A stretch of DNA of 61,988 bases, filler included, from Porpidia crustulata (GCA_964255105.1; 8 parts of 8 records of this genome joined end to end with filler, not necessarily neighbours in it), one strand, 5' to 3'. Positions 12,853 through 25,767 are shown, numbered from the whole stretch's first letter. The notes: generated by a model not told the origin, from the sequence alone. Made by a program: numbers and translations.

Positions 12853-14820
12853 ATGGATGCATTCAGGCAGGATGCTGTCGAGACATATTTTGCCACGAGA
12901 GTAGACGAGGAGGATGTCGAACTCGATAGTGAAACTAAGGATCCTCAATCAGTTGATTTTTGTACTTGTACTCATCCACCGCTGCAAGGCTCCCAAGACA
13001 TCAGAGTGTTGGAGCTTTATCCGGGAGACTTTACGGATGAGTTGTCATGCGCGTTGCACATCTGCTCAGTTGACTTTGAATATTCTGCTAGCATTGACGA
13101 ATCCACAGGTCTCAATTTCGCACCATACACTAATCACGCAGTGTTTCGAGAGACAGGCCAGCTAGTTTGGTATACCGCCCTTTCGTACGTCTGGGGTGAT
13201 GCTACACTTATCATGCCAATAAATTGTAACGGACTACCGATTTATACAACTAGAAATTTGGACATTGCACTACGTCACCTCAGGCAGACGGATGTGGCTG
13301 TAATGCTATGGATAGACCAGATTTGCATCAACCAGGAGGATCTGGATGAGAAATCACGTCAGGTGATTCTGATGAGTAAGATTTATCAACGTGCTTGGAG
13401 TACAATTGTATGGCTTGGTGAAGAAGCCCATGACAGTGATAATGCTATGGACACCCTGAGAACGATCAACGAAGCTCTTCAGTACTACACCGATGAGAGA
13501 GCTCCTGACCCCGAGGACTTTGAGCGACTGTCTCTCCCGGCTCCTGATTCACAGGAATGGGCAGCATTGAGCCAATTCCTCGACCGGCCCTGGTTCCAGC
13601 GAGTATGGGTCATTCAAGAGGTTGTGCTTTCGAATAACATCCAGGTCGTTTGCGGGAATAAGACCCTTCCCTGGTCTGATATAGGCCTCTTTGCCATCTG
13701 TATGGTCACTCACGACCTCACACGGTATCTCAACACTAGCACAGATGTCAAAGGACCGGCTATAGAGACAGGCTATCGTCATATTCTACGGATTGATAGT
13801 ATCAAAGACCATAATGACACTCTTACTGAACCATTACCACTATTACAGACGTTGGTGGAAGCCCGTGGCGCTCGAGCCACCGATCCAAGGGATAACGTCT
13901 TTGGGGTCATGGGCATGTCGTCGACACTGATCTATCCTGACTACTCCCAAGCTATATTTGACGTCTATACGGAGGCAGCCCGGACGATGGTCACAGACCG
14001 TCTGATGAATCTTTTATGCTGCGTTGACAACGTAGAGCCGCTGCCAGGCCTTCCGTCCTGGGCTCCAGACTGGAGTTCTGCCCGGCAAACGACATCATTC
14101 GGCTATCTCGAAGCCGGCCGCGGGATATATCAAGTAGCGAAAGGATCAAAGCTGTCATTCAGCATCGGGCAAAATCGCGACTCCCTCATCATCGACGGCA
14201 TCCTCTTTGACACTGTAACCTGCATCACCGAAGTAGCCAACCCTTCGTTGCAAGACCTTCTCGACGCTCAAAGTCCCGCCAGTCAATTCGTCGCGCAAGG
14301 CTTGTATCTCGCAACTGCCTACTGCGGTCCCTACCCTGCCCCATGCGGTCTCTTCGACGCTTTTTGGCTCACTCTCGTCGCTGGTAAGGACCATTCCGGA
14401 AAGACAAAAGCCCCTGCCGATTATGCTCCCATTTTCGCGTTGCTTATCGACTCCATCACCGGCTACACGCCCTCTTTCCCTGATCAGCCGTCGGCACAGC
14501 GGAAGCTGACACTTGAGAACCTGAAAACAAGACGTCCTGGCCGCATGTATCGCGAGATACAGATCGCTTTCGAGATCGCAGTCCAGGGGCGGAGATTTGG
14601 TACGACCGCAAACCGCTACATGGGGCTCTTTCCTAGAGGAACAAGGGCGGGAGATGAAATATGTGTGTTTGCGGGGCCATGCGTCCCCTTTGTTGTGAGG
14701 CCCGTCGAGGGGGAAATTGGGGTATTCCAGCTTGTGGGAGAGTGCTACGTGCACGGAATCATGCGTGGAGAAATCATGTCGATGGATGACTTCGAGATGC
14801 AAGGAATCGAGCTAGTGTAA
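12853..14820 (+). CDS. HET-domain (het-6-like) heterokaryon incompatibility protein
   Basis: IRVLELYPG, YTALSYVWG, LWIDQICINQ, MSKIYQRA, WFQRVWVIQE, ATDPRD, LPSWAPDW, GECYVHGIMRGE. The start codon is uncertain (ORF is open from 12751). Confidence 0.93.
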   Translation: MDAFRQDAVETYFATRVDEEDVELDSETKDPQSVDFCTCTHPPLQGSQDIRVLELYPGDFTDELSCALHICSVDFEYSASIDESTGLNFAPYTNHAVFRETGQLVWYTALSYVWGDATLIMPINCNGLPIYTTRNLDIALRHLRQTDVAVMLWIDQICINQEDLDEKSRQVILMSKIYQRAWSTIVWLGEEAHDSDNAMDTLRTINEALQYYTDERAPDPEDFERLSLPAPDSQEWAALSQFLDRPWFQRVWVIQEVVLSNNIQVVCGNKTLPWSDIGLFAICMVTHDLTRYLNTSTDVKGPAIETGYRHILRIDSIKDHNDTLTEPLPLLQTLVEARGARATDPRDNVFGVMGMSSTLIYPDYSQAIFDVYTEAARTMVTDRLMNLLCCVDNVEPLPGLPSWAPDWSSARQTTSFGYLEAGRGIYQVAKGSKLSFSIGQNRDSLIIDGILFDTVTCITEVANPSLQDLLDAQSPASQFVAQGLYLATAYCGPYPAPCGLFDAFWLTLVAGKDHSGKTKAPADYAPIFALLIDSITGYTPSFPDQPSAQRKLTLENLKTRRPGRMYREIQIAFEIAVQGRRFGTTANRYMGLFPRGTRAGDEICVFAGPCVPFVVRPVEGEIGVFQLVGECYVHGIMRGEIMSMDDFEMQGIELV

Positions 14821-15668
14821 TCTGGAAAAACCCAGCCAAGTGCAGGCGCCTCGCGATACCCGGCCTTGAGATTGGAAGGGCTTTTCTTAGTCGACAAGTA
14901 GGCCCTGGATCAAGTATGTACAACCCCTACGATGATCGAGCAAGGAAAAGTGACGAGATCTACTACAAGATAGTGATGAAACCATCCAGTCTTTCGAGTG
15001 ATTCAAATACATCTAGACCTACCATCTTTCCCTCTTAATACCAATTCTACGTCACCCGGGAAACCAATAAGACCATGCAGCAGGTTGGCTGAACAGTATA
15101 AAACCGTAGCAAGAGTCATTGCACCGACATCGGCACAAAGACACGGCGCTGGGTTGTTGGACCTGGGTTAGAGAACAAGGAGTCGGCCGTCGAAGAAAGG
15201 AGACGAGGATGTGACGATAGAAAGATTCCGAAATCTACATGAATTTTTAAATGCAATCGCAACAGGAACAGAATAATTGAGCGTTGATAGCTGAGAAAGG
15301 GGGAAAGGGGTGTCGCTGTAGTTCAGAGCGGAGTTTATTCCGCTTTTTCTATATTACTCAACCACTCAACTAAAGTTCTTACTGGTAAATGTCACTCACC
15401 GGACCCATTGTACAACAGTCCAGCCCCCTTCCCCCCACCCAAAAATGCNNNNNNNNNNNNNNNNNNNNNNNNNNNNNNNNNNNNNNNNNNNNTTAATTAA
15501 TTAANNNNNNNNNNNNNNNNNNNNNNNNNNNNNNNNNNNNNNNNNNNNCCCCACTACACGTCCGCCCCCCTCCCCCAACCCCGGTATCCAAACCTTCAAG
15601 CCTCCAAACCCGTCACTCCTCGAACCTCCAAACCCCACGACACTTTCGTCCAGGTCCCCCAAACCCCC

Positions 15669-16652
15669 TCACATCGTCGACGCCGGCCTTACCACCCTCC
15701 TTGCGGCCCATACCCACCGAACCTCCTCGCGCCCCCTCCGTTCCTGCCCGTCGAACGAACTGATGGCGCTGACTCCACTCGCCACGCTCCGGGTGCTCGT
15801 CTCCCTCGACGGCAGCAGCGTTGAATCCTCGTCACTTTCCGCCGGCGGTGCCGAACCGCTGTCATGCCCGGCCATCGGCGAAGCCTCGATCGAGGGCGGG
15901 AAGAAGGACGCGGACCAATCCGCCATCGCGGGCGCTCGGGGCATGTCCTGCTGAAAGGGTTCCCTGTCTGCCAGAGAAGCGGCGAGTGAACGATCCTGTT
16001 CCCTCGGTTCCAGCAGGCTGCGCAGTTGGTCTTGCACGGGCGTCAAGGGAGGGGTAAGGTCGTAGTGGAAGTAGCTGGTCGGCGGGCTCTCGGAGCGGCT
16101 GTAATTGCGACGGGTGCAGGCAGGTGGGGAGTTGACGTGGGTGTCGTGCTGAACGGGCTGCGCTTCGTCGGAGACGAGCCACATTTGCTCGTCGGGGAGC
16201 CAGACCATGGGGGACGGAGCGGTGTGGGAGCGAGTGCGTTGCGGCGGTTGGGGAACGGAAAGGGTGAGTAGAGGGGGTGAAGGGATGTTTCGGCGTTGAG
16301 AAATGGTATTGTAGCGAGGATCAAAAGGTGATTCGTCAGCTCTGTTAGGTCTTCGGATCCGGTTCAGGAGGCAGCAGGATCGGGGATCGTTGTGGTTATG
16401 GTGGTGGCCTCGTCGGCCTCCTAGTCTTCGAGAAGGGAGAGGAGGCAGAGGCTTCATCGTGCAAATTTGAGGGTGGTGGTAGTCGTGGTACCGGAAAGTG
16501 TTCTCGGCATAAGCGGAGAGAGTGTTCTCGACGTAGGCGCTGCGAGACCTGTGATATGGTGGAGAAGGCGAGCCTGAGACCGCAAAGTGACGGTCATCAG
16601 TAGGAGATGCAGCAAATAATGACAGATCAACGAGCACGTCGTTTCGGTCCAT
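15669..16652 (-). CDS. Hypothetical Pro/Ser-rich protein
   Basis: 327-aa ATG ORF with coding-like composition (KPLPPLP, PMVWLPDEQMWL, PPLTPVQDQL). No domain recognised. Confidence 0.65.
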   Translation of the reverse strand: MDRNDVLVDLSLFAASPTDDRHFAVSGSPSPPYHRSRSAYVENTLSAYAENTFRYHDYHHPQICTMKPLPPLPSRRLGGRRGHHHNHNDPRSCCLLNRIRRPNRADESPFDPRYNTISQRRNIPSPPLLTLSVPQPPQRTRSHTAPSPMVWLPDEQMWLVSDEAQPVQHDTHVNSPPACTRRNYSRSESPPTSYFHYDLTPPLTPVQDQLRSLLEPREQDRSLAASLADREPFQQDMPRAPAMADWSASFFPPSIEASPMAGHDSGSAPPAESDEDSTLLPSRETSTRSVASGVSAISSFDGQERRGREEVRWVWAARRVVRPASTM

Positions 16653-18541
16653 GACGATGTGATTATATTATACTCAGTCTCCTGGAAGTACGCACAATGG
16701 CGATATCGAATCGTCACTGGCTCTAGAAGTATGTTTATTGGATTAAATTCGTCGGCTGATCGACCAGAGAAGGGGTCAAGTTGTATATGAATTACCAGGG
16801 CGAGAGAAGGACCCTTTGTGGGAAGAAGCAGGTGATGCTTTAATCCTTGATAATGCGACTTGCACACTTTGGCGCGAGATACCCGCCCAGGAGGCAGTGC
16901 CTTTAATGATATTAGGTGGCCTCGAACACGAGCAGTCACCATCCAACGTTTGATATACGATGAAAGAATGGTATAAAGTGCCGATATATAGGCCCCGAGG
17001 CTTTCAAATTGGGATATGTTAAGGCGAACCGACAACGTTGGAATGACCTACTACAAGGACCGGGGCAAAGATACGCGGCCACGCCTCTCGTAGATGATAG
17101 AATGATGAGTAGTATAGACCTTAGGTCTCCACCAGTGCGGGCAAGTGTTGAAATTGACTCGGGGAAGCCGTGTGAGATGAAGTCCCAATGCCCGAAGAGG
17201 TATAAGCCTCCTCCAGGGCCCCATGATAAGATTGTTTTATTAAGCAGCGCGTGTAGGAGAAAAAAGCAACAATCAAGGCGGAATGAGGCAACGGCACAGC
17301 ATATTATTGCTGCAATGTAGAGTCGGAGTGGTGCTGTGGACGAGCGTTGCATTGAGGATGGGATTTACTGCCCCAGAAAAGGAAGGGGTGGATTCACCGG
17401 TCATTTGTCCGGCGTCGCAGTGGCCGCAGATGAGAGTTGCTTTTGATCATATATAATGCCAGCATGCCTGTCCAATTACTGTTGAATCAGCGTAAAGCAT
17501 TCCGAGTGCGGTGTTGGTTGTCGTGGGCTGTGCACGGTGGATGTGCGTCTAGGGAGAGTGGGCTGTGCCAATATGTGTGTCCTCCCTTGTTGATGTTATT
17601 ATTCATAAAGGGATTAGGTACCTTATTTACACTTACACTACACGCTTAAGTACTAGTAGTACTTTAACGTTGTGCGGAAGTCTTCTGGAAGTCTCAACTT
17701 ACCGAGCCCGCCGCTAAACCTCCCCTGGGAGGTACTTAGATCGCTGAGGCCTGCCCCTGGTCTTATGCTTCATCTTTCTAATTCCCCGGCTTCTCTATGA
17801 CTTGCTACAAGTGACTACTTACCTTACCACGATTACTAATTACTTCCGCTGATGCTACCGACGGTGGTTTGTACGAATACGAATGCTGACAAGCGTCGAA
17901 AGCTTGAGAGAGAACTCACCGTATTATGTAGGTAGGTGCATTTATACTCTAACCGGGAGGGCAAGTGTAATATCGTACTCGAACAAGAGCACAGCATTTC
18001 CATAATCTTAAGTAATCGCAACTTCCAACATTATGGCTCCTCGGCGCCTTCGCCGGATCAAGACGGATCTATGTCATCATGGCCGCACCGCAAAGTATGC
18101 TTAAAGGAGGTAATTTCGGAACCAACAGCATCAAGGACGGCAACTTGCTTCCTCATTTCAATGTCCGAAGATGGTGATCATTGTTGCTCAGCGACTTCTT
18201 GGGCTTGCTCGATCTCGTCATAGAATCTGTGGGTAGTTTGTAATGCAGCAGACATTTAATGTCTAGGCCACAGGCCTGTTCTGGCATCCGATCTAGCCCG
18301 AGGACGGTAGATGACGCGCTCAAAATAAGAACGGGATACGCTTTGGTGGAATCACTATCGAGTCGAAGCTGCTGCTATCGTCACTAGAGGGAACGATCGC
18401 TATTCGTACTGCTGATTTTGCAGAAGTGGTTCGAAGGAGTAGATCTCGACGGCCAACGTGGCGCAGCAAATCGACTTGAGGGCCACACGGAGAGACGGAA
18501 ATGATCCATCTGTTTATATTTCGAGAGATCTCAACACCATC

Positions 18542-18848
18542 AATTAGGAATAAATGGGAAGAAAAGCCTTGACAATTGGCCGCGAAAGCCTTTTGGTCAA
18601 GGTGTAATAAGTCCTATTGTTTTCTGACGACACCTGCAGGGTACGTTGTTGCGACCCTCGGTTGCGACCGAGGCCCGTTGAGTTGTACGGGTTCGACTTC
18701 CACTGTAGGCAGTGCGAGCACCACCGTGGCATCAACGAGGGCGTTGAGCCTTTGAGGGGGGAGTAATTAGGAATAAATGGGAAGAAAAGCCTTGACAATT
18801 GGCCGCGAAAGCCTTTTGGTCAAGGTATAATAAGTCCTATTGTTTTCT
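18542..18848 (+). mobile_element. TRIM-like miniature LTR element
   Basis: 84-bp direct repeats at 18542-18625 and 18765-18848 (1 mismatch), 139-bp interior ending in a purine tract GAGGGGGGAG, flanked by CCATC at 18537-18541 and 18849-18853. Confidence 0.72.
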
Positions 18849-21338
18849 CCATCAGTTCCCCATGATGGAATTCTTATTATACGTATTCGTGTTTCATAGG
18901 CAAGCCTTGACTCGGTCATTACTTGTATGAGATCCTTCCGGCTTCCTTCGTTTGAAGTTGGTGGCGACGATACTACGAGTGTCAGTCCTCTTGGGAGGAA
19001 ACGCCCAACAACATAGGTCTCTCCGATCTAGAACTCGCGACCTCTTGCGGGCTGATATTCTGCGCAAAGGGGAGCGATAACAAGACCCTGTGGATCCCCG
19101 GTCAATTTATGATTGGCTTCTGTGGGGCATCATTGAATCCCGACGGCCAAAGGAGAAGTCTTCGATCATCATCCGAGGAACTGATCCTACCTCTTGTTAC
19201 TGATGCGGTACGCTGCCTATGAAGGTCTGAAAGAATGAAAGGGTATCGAGCTAAGACAGAACATTTCGATAAATATCGTAAAACTACTAGATTAGGATAA
19301 TCTCGCGCATGAGTCGATGACGATGTTTGACAGTCCTTGAGTAAAGTCCTAGGAAACGTAGCAGAAGACTTCTGCACCTACTCCTTATTTCAATCGTTCT
19401 TTATCCACCATTGTACTGCAGAAAGATCACGGGTAGGCCGAAGTCGACAACGACAACCGACAGCCAGGTTCTTTTTTGAAGCAGATGGCGACATGAATCC
19501 TAAAAGATAAGGAGCTCAGCCGCTATGCCCAGATTAACCTATCCTCCCCTTACAAGAGTTACGGTCCTACTCAAGTCGACTGTTCAACTGTCTCAAAGTT
19601 TGTGAGACGGGAAGCCGTTGCTTTGTACTGACGTTCCGTACCTTTGGTGTTTCCTAATGTAGCCGAAGACTAGAAACCACAGAGTCCAACAAGAAGGTGC
19701 CCTCGTCAAATGCACAAATCGTTGTAATGCGCGACTATTATTCCACATACTTCTGAATAAGCTGTCCAAGATGAGTATTGGTCACATACCAATGATGCTA
19801 GGTCGGGTCAAAGGACTCTTCAACCTGGACAATGTGGAGTGGACGTTGCTGCTCTCCACGAGAAGTCAAATCAAATGGCGTTGAAGGCAGCGCGTATAAG
19901 CTGGGTGATGAGGGGACCAAATAGAAAGGTTCATCTGGGACTATGAAGCATCTGGTAGGTGGAAGGCCAAATCCCGAACACCATGAAAAAGATTATAGCA
20001 GGAGAAGGATTGTCTCTACTTGCCAGACCAGAGTATGGAAAAGCCGAAATCAGAGACACGCTGACGAAGTTATGACACATGCAGAGACCGATCTGAAAAG
20101 ATGAAGTAGAAAAGCCATTGGTAAAATCATTCGGGCGAATGGACTGCATATTAAACCTACAACCAAATCCAATCCCAGCAGGGAGGTTGCAGCATTTACT
20201 CATCCTTGATATGGACAGACTCAGCAGAAGAGTCTGCTCACAATATGAATCAAAACATAAATATACGTAGGTAGGCCTTTGTGCAGTCCAACGAGGCACG
20301 GAGGGAAGCTGAACATGTGTCTTTTTGTTCCCAGTGTGTGATTGGAGCGTTGGAGGGCCAAACGCCTGATCCGGTAATTTCGCGAAGGCCTTGGCAGTGT
20401 TTACAGTTTGGCTGCTGACATCTTTCACTCTTTGAGTACTCACCTACGGCAGAACATTCATCAAGGAACGATAATATTATATCAATACAATTGACCTGAC
20501 AGTATTAATCGTTGTGTACAAATGATAGGTACGGAGTGGAACGAGCGAGATGTTGATCTTTTTCGCAGTGTGGGCAACCCTTCGCGTGCACGTGTTTCTG
20601 GCTGGCGTTTGAGGCGTTTTCATAGGCTGAGCTAGTTCGAAGCGCTAATGTTTCGACTCCATCTTTACCCCTGACGCTAAGAAAACTCGAACTTCATCCG
20701 CTGATTCTGCCATCACCCGAATGTTTCCACCCAGGATCTCATCTGCAGCATCCACAACATGCAGTGCCACAGCAGGAAACATATTCGTCTGAATACTCCA
20801 ACCCCCCGATGCCATGTATATATCGTAGAGATTAACCTGTACAAGTACAAGAGCATGATACATTCGAGTTTTCCACCGTACCCCACAAGGGGACCACCAC
20901 TCCTCCTGTCAGCAAATGAAGGATCCTATTTTGATTCACGCTTGGTCCCCTGAGCCAATCAAACCAGAGTTTGACCGAGTGAAGTGACATCCCCCCCCCT
21001 GCAAGTCGATGGTAGTGCCTCAATAGGATCGCACTAATTCGGACGGCTGGCCGCTTGTGTGACGGTGCTCCCCTTTCCTGATCAGCGGATTAATCTTAAG
21101 GGCTGTAATAAGTATCAAATCTTACCCGTTGTTTCTTCTCTTCCTCACTTCCTTCGCACAACACTACTATTTTCATCTTTCCACCTTTAAAGTCTCGTTC
21201 GCTGTTCATTGCCCGACTTCGGTCATCACACTCTTTAGACAATACAATACTCGCGAAATCACAATCCACACTCTCTTAATTTCACCACCTTCGTCTCTTT
21301 AAGTCACTTTTCAAAGAAACCTCAAACCAAAATTCAAA

Positions 21339-22442
21339 ATGCACTACTCATTCGCTGCCACTGTCCTCTTTGTGGGTACCGTTGTAGCCACACCTGCTCT
21401 CCAGGCCTCTCAATCCATGGTCTCCCAGATCAGTGACGGTCAGATCCAAGCTCCTGGTCCAGCAGCTCCGGCCACCACTGCGGCTCCCACTGCCCCGGCG
21501 GTCTCATCTGCAGCCGGCTCTGCCTCCGAGATCATCATCATGTCCACCAGCACCGTCGTTATCACTAGCTGCGGTCCTGAGGTGATCAGCTGCCCGGCCC
21601 GCTCGACGGTCGCCTCCGTCACCTCTTTCCCAGTGACTGTCAAGCCCACGACTGCTCCTACGACTGCTCCCAGTGCCCCCGCTTCAAGCGCCCCGGCCTC
21701 GTCTAAGCCTGCATCCAGCGCGCCAGCTTCCAGTGCGTCCGCTGTGCCGGCCAGCAGTAACTCTCCTGCATCAAGTGCACCCGCGTCCAGTGCCCCTGCG
21801 TCCAGTGCACCAGCCGTTCCAGCTAGCAGCAACTCTCCTGCATCCAGTGCACCAGCTGTCCCAGCCAGCAGCAACTCCCCTGCGTCTAGTGCACCCGCAT
21901 CCAGCGCGCCAGCGTCCAGTGCACCAGTCGTCCCAGCCAGCAGCATCTCCCCGGTTCAGTCAGTCCCAGCGGCACCCGCCTCCTCCTGCCCAGCTACCTG
22001 CACTCCGGTCACCATCTACTCGACTGTCACCGTGTCTGCCACTGGTGCCTCCACGTCTGCCCCTTCCGCTCCTGCTTCCTCGGCGCCGGCAGTTCCAGCA
22101 TCAAGCAACTCCCCAGCCCAGGGCTCATCCGCACCCGCCGCCTCATCGCCTGCTGCCTCCGCACCGGCTGTGCCAGCCTCAAGCAACTCTCCCGCCCAGG
22201 CTAGCGCGTCTGCTCCTTACCCATCTGGTGTCGCTGCTCCTTCCACCAAGCCTAGTGGCACTGGTGCCGCGTAAGTCAATTCCGCGTTGATTTCTTCTTT
22301 CTTTACAGACCGAGCTAACATAATGAACAACAGAGTCTCCAAGACTTCCAGCCCGGCTCCCTTCACCGGCGCCGCCAGCACCGTCAGCAGCTCCTTCGCT
22401 GTTGCCGCTTTGGGTGCCATCGCCGCCGTGCTTATGATCTAG
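21339..22442 (+). CDS. Ser/Ala/Pro-rich cell-wall protein with Pir repeat and GPI signal
   Basis: Signal peptide; SQISDGQIQA; ITSCGPEVISCP; repeated APAVPASSNSPASS units; intron about 22272-22332; hydrophobic end FTGAASTVSSSFAVAALGAIAAVLMI. Confidence 0.88.
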
Positions 22443-23316
22443 AACGCCTGAATATCGTTGATGATAAAAGGATATGTTCTATGTTTCTTCGATGACGGTG
22501 CTTGGAGAACGTGGTTGGATTGTCGAGGACTGTAATTAATAAAAAGGGGGTCTTGTTTGAAACGGCAAATGTCGTGGCACATCTGCAGGACTCGTTTCGA
22601 TTCGTGGTTGATAGATGTACATATGACTATGCATGGCATGCACCCGTGTCTCTTGCATGCTTTACTACTATTTGCCCATGTTCTCGTCTACTCGTCCTGA
22701 GGCGAGGCTCGCCATAAGTCTTTCAATATCAAAGGTATCGTGAAATCCGTAGCTTCTCATTACGGAACATGGGCCTCGCAAATTCGACACATCACCGGTG
22801 TTCTGATAACCCTCGCTCCTTCCTCACCTCTTCCCCTCCTCATCCCTCCCTCTTGTATCCAAAACCCTCGGGACTTACACCTACGACGCGTTGCCCCGGG
22901 CCTTGCCGATCTATAGGGCCATGCCGTGATTGTGATGCTGCGGGAAGGAAGGGGGCGTGTAAGAGACTCTTGAGAAACATGATTCACATTTCGCGTCTTA
23001 TGGAGCTTGAGGAGCTCGAGCAGTTTGCTTGGACATCTTACTTTCGTGGCATGCCTCTGAACACTGGATCTGGGGCAGTTGTGTACAAGACAACGATGTG
23101 GAAGGGGCATAGCCAAATCGGATGATATATTATGCTGCATCCTCACCGTGGCCATCATCACCAGACACCGGCACGCCAGCCGCCCCATCACGATTCGCCC
23201 TCCACACTCCCCCATCNNNNNNNNNNNNNNNNNNNNNNNNNNNNNNNNNNNNNNNNNNNNTTAATTAATTAANNNNNNNNNNNNNNNNNNNNNNNNNNNN
23301 NNNNNNNNNNNNNNNN

Positions 23317-25094
23317 GGAGCCTGAACGGCTTCATTTGGCTCGACGACCGGGGCTTCCAACCGAGGGAGTTTGTGTCTGATGTTCGGGTCTTGGAGAGGC
23401 TCGGAAGACAACGAGTCAAGGTTGTGCTCTCTGGCCTCATCAACAGAGGCTTCCGGTTCTTCCAGCTCGAATCTCCGCTTTCGGACTAAAGAGTCCAAGT
23501 CCTTTGCTTCGGGAAAGCTACCATTATCAAGCTCTTCGTCGGACTCTTGGAGATCATAAAAAATGCGCAGGCCTTCTGGCTTCCAGACCAGGGTATCCGT
23601 ATCGACACGTTCGGGTTGAGTCAGGTATGTGGCAATAGTTTCAACATCTTGGAAATTTTCTTGAGTGGCTACCCGTCCCAGAGCGGCAGGAAAAGGTGTC
23701 CATTTCAATTCTCGCTCAATTTTCCCCACCACTGGCCAGACACGGTTGTTCAGGCAAGCTTTCTTCATCTCGGCCAGAAGGCCTTCGTATCTATCAGCTC
23801 CGTTATCGACCTTGGACCATGGAGGTGTGGGAAGGGAAAAGTCCATGATAGGCACGACTACCCTTCGCACCGTATCAGCTTCTTGCAACTGCTCCTGCTC
23901 AACACTTCGCTGGACGTTGATGACGACGGGTGCAATATTCTCTGCAATGAAGGTGTCAGTATCCTCAGCGGCCGTGCCCTCTGGATTTGTGATTGGTAGA
24001 GGAAGACTCGGCATGATTTCTTGCAAGGCTTCACTATATGATACGTTTTTAGTCTTCCACGGTGGTGGTCGTTCAATAGTAGGTGGCGTAAGCGGGCCTT
24101 CGATCTTATGGGTCTCTGACTTGGGTTTTATGATTGGAGGGGATGAAGGTGGGTCTCTAATGCCTTTGAGAGGGCTGTATATATCACCAATACTTTCTGA
24201 GTCAAAAGTTATTGCATCTGTAGCGAGGCAATTGACCTTCTGGCGTTTTCTTCTCGGACTCAACCCGTCCTCTCCAAATATAACTTTATCAATATCTTTT
24301 GCCTCTTCCCTCGTCGGGCTCGTATGATCAGATAGAAATTCGAGGCGACCAGTATCTGAGGATGGTACAAATGGATGTAAATCTGGGGACCGTGGCAAGA
24401 GCGGCGGCGTCACTGGATCGACGATATTTTTCTGCCATTTGTTCAATTAGGGCTTTTCATAACTTCAGGGAATCATTTCTATGCGTACCTTTCCGTGAGA
24501 GAGCTCATCGCACTCAAAGATGAAGTCAACGCCATCCGCTGGTATATTAGTTAATACATCTTGCAAGTACAACAATCCCTCCTTAGGCAAGATAAGCCTC
24601 TCTGAACTTGCATCTATATAGAATTTGTCTGGTAGCTCTTGATATGCGGAAGGCCAAGCAAAACCTTCATCGGCTTCTTCATCGAGCTTCTCCAGCGGCA
24701 AGTATTCATGCTCAAGGTCTGGGATGACCTGAGGCGCAAAATCCTGCAAATCAAGCTCATGATCTGTAAAAAGAATTGGCAATTCTACTCTGATCTTCTG
24801 GAAACGATGGTTGTCGAGACTGAGATCTTCGTCGAATCGCCTGCTCTGCCTGCCCGCTTTGGGGATACAAGACAGTAGGATTGCTGCCTCGGACCCTGCA
24901 CATATTCGCTCCAACGGCAGACTGACGATCAAGTCGTCAAAATGGAATACGTCCTGGGGATCTGCTAACTGCGCGAGTAGGTCATCTGGAGCATTGATCT
25001 CCTGTAGAGGATTTCGCTCTAGGTGATCTAGCGCGATACCGTAGAAGCGAGCATACTCCAAAATGGTCGGCTCGTGATCTTCCTCTTCTGACAT
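23317..25094 (-). CDS. Conserved fungal hypothetical protein, 3' end truncated
   Basis: Two long ORFs joined by an intron near 24435-24488; ILEYARFYGIALDH, KIEGPLTPP, LKWTPFP, LVWKPEGLRI. Confidence 0.75.
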
Positions 25095-25767
25095 GAAGTC
25101 GGCTGCAGAGTATCATACACTAATATGGATATTAGCTATTAGCTGCACGGTACCTGCATCACGCCATCGATGCATCTCGGATGCATGATTGACGTGATAT
25201 AAGTAAGTAACATATGCAGTAGAAAGTACAGTGACATGTATTTAATGACTACCTACCTACCAAGATAGGTACTGAAGTAGGGTTTCGATTTCATCGTTAA
25301 CCTTGTCGATATGCATACCCGTTGCGGATCTATTGTCAGGGTATTCGTATTGGAGGATTCCTTCGGCTTGCGAAGATCCTATCGGATATACTATTACCCG
25401 CGAGACCATATCAAGGTGGATTCTCATCTCAAAGAAGGAAAGATTATTCAAAGCACATATGACCGAGCAGAGCAGACAGACATCAAGAGCACAAAAAGTA
25501 TCTACTTGGCAAATGTAGATGCTACAGCTTGTGAACCGTTATGGAGCTCGAAAATTCTGCCTAGTCTATAGAGCTTGCGCGCGAAATCATAGTTAAAAGC
25601 CAATGGGGAATCATCGCTCGCTCGCTCGAACCAATTGGATTAATAGACAACTCCAAGCTGAGAGCGATGCAGCAAAGCACATGAAAAATATTGCCACATG
25701 AAAACGTTAACCGTAAGCACAAGAATCTATGGAAGGGAACTTGGCCGTTTCGATATGGCATTAAATC

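Noticed and set aside
18542..18848. Hammerhead ribozyme (retrozyme) or CRISPR-like array
   Set aside because: CTGACGA is present at 18624-18630 but no GAAA follows the adjacent stem; there are only two 84-bp repeats, no cas genes, and the host is a fungus.
21670..22270. Repeat protein as a RiPP precursor
   Set aside because: The repeats have no KR/RR sites or aromatic core, and the Pir and GPI signals indicate a wall protein.
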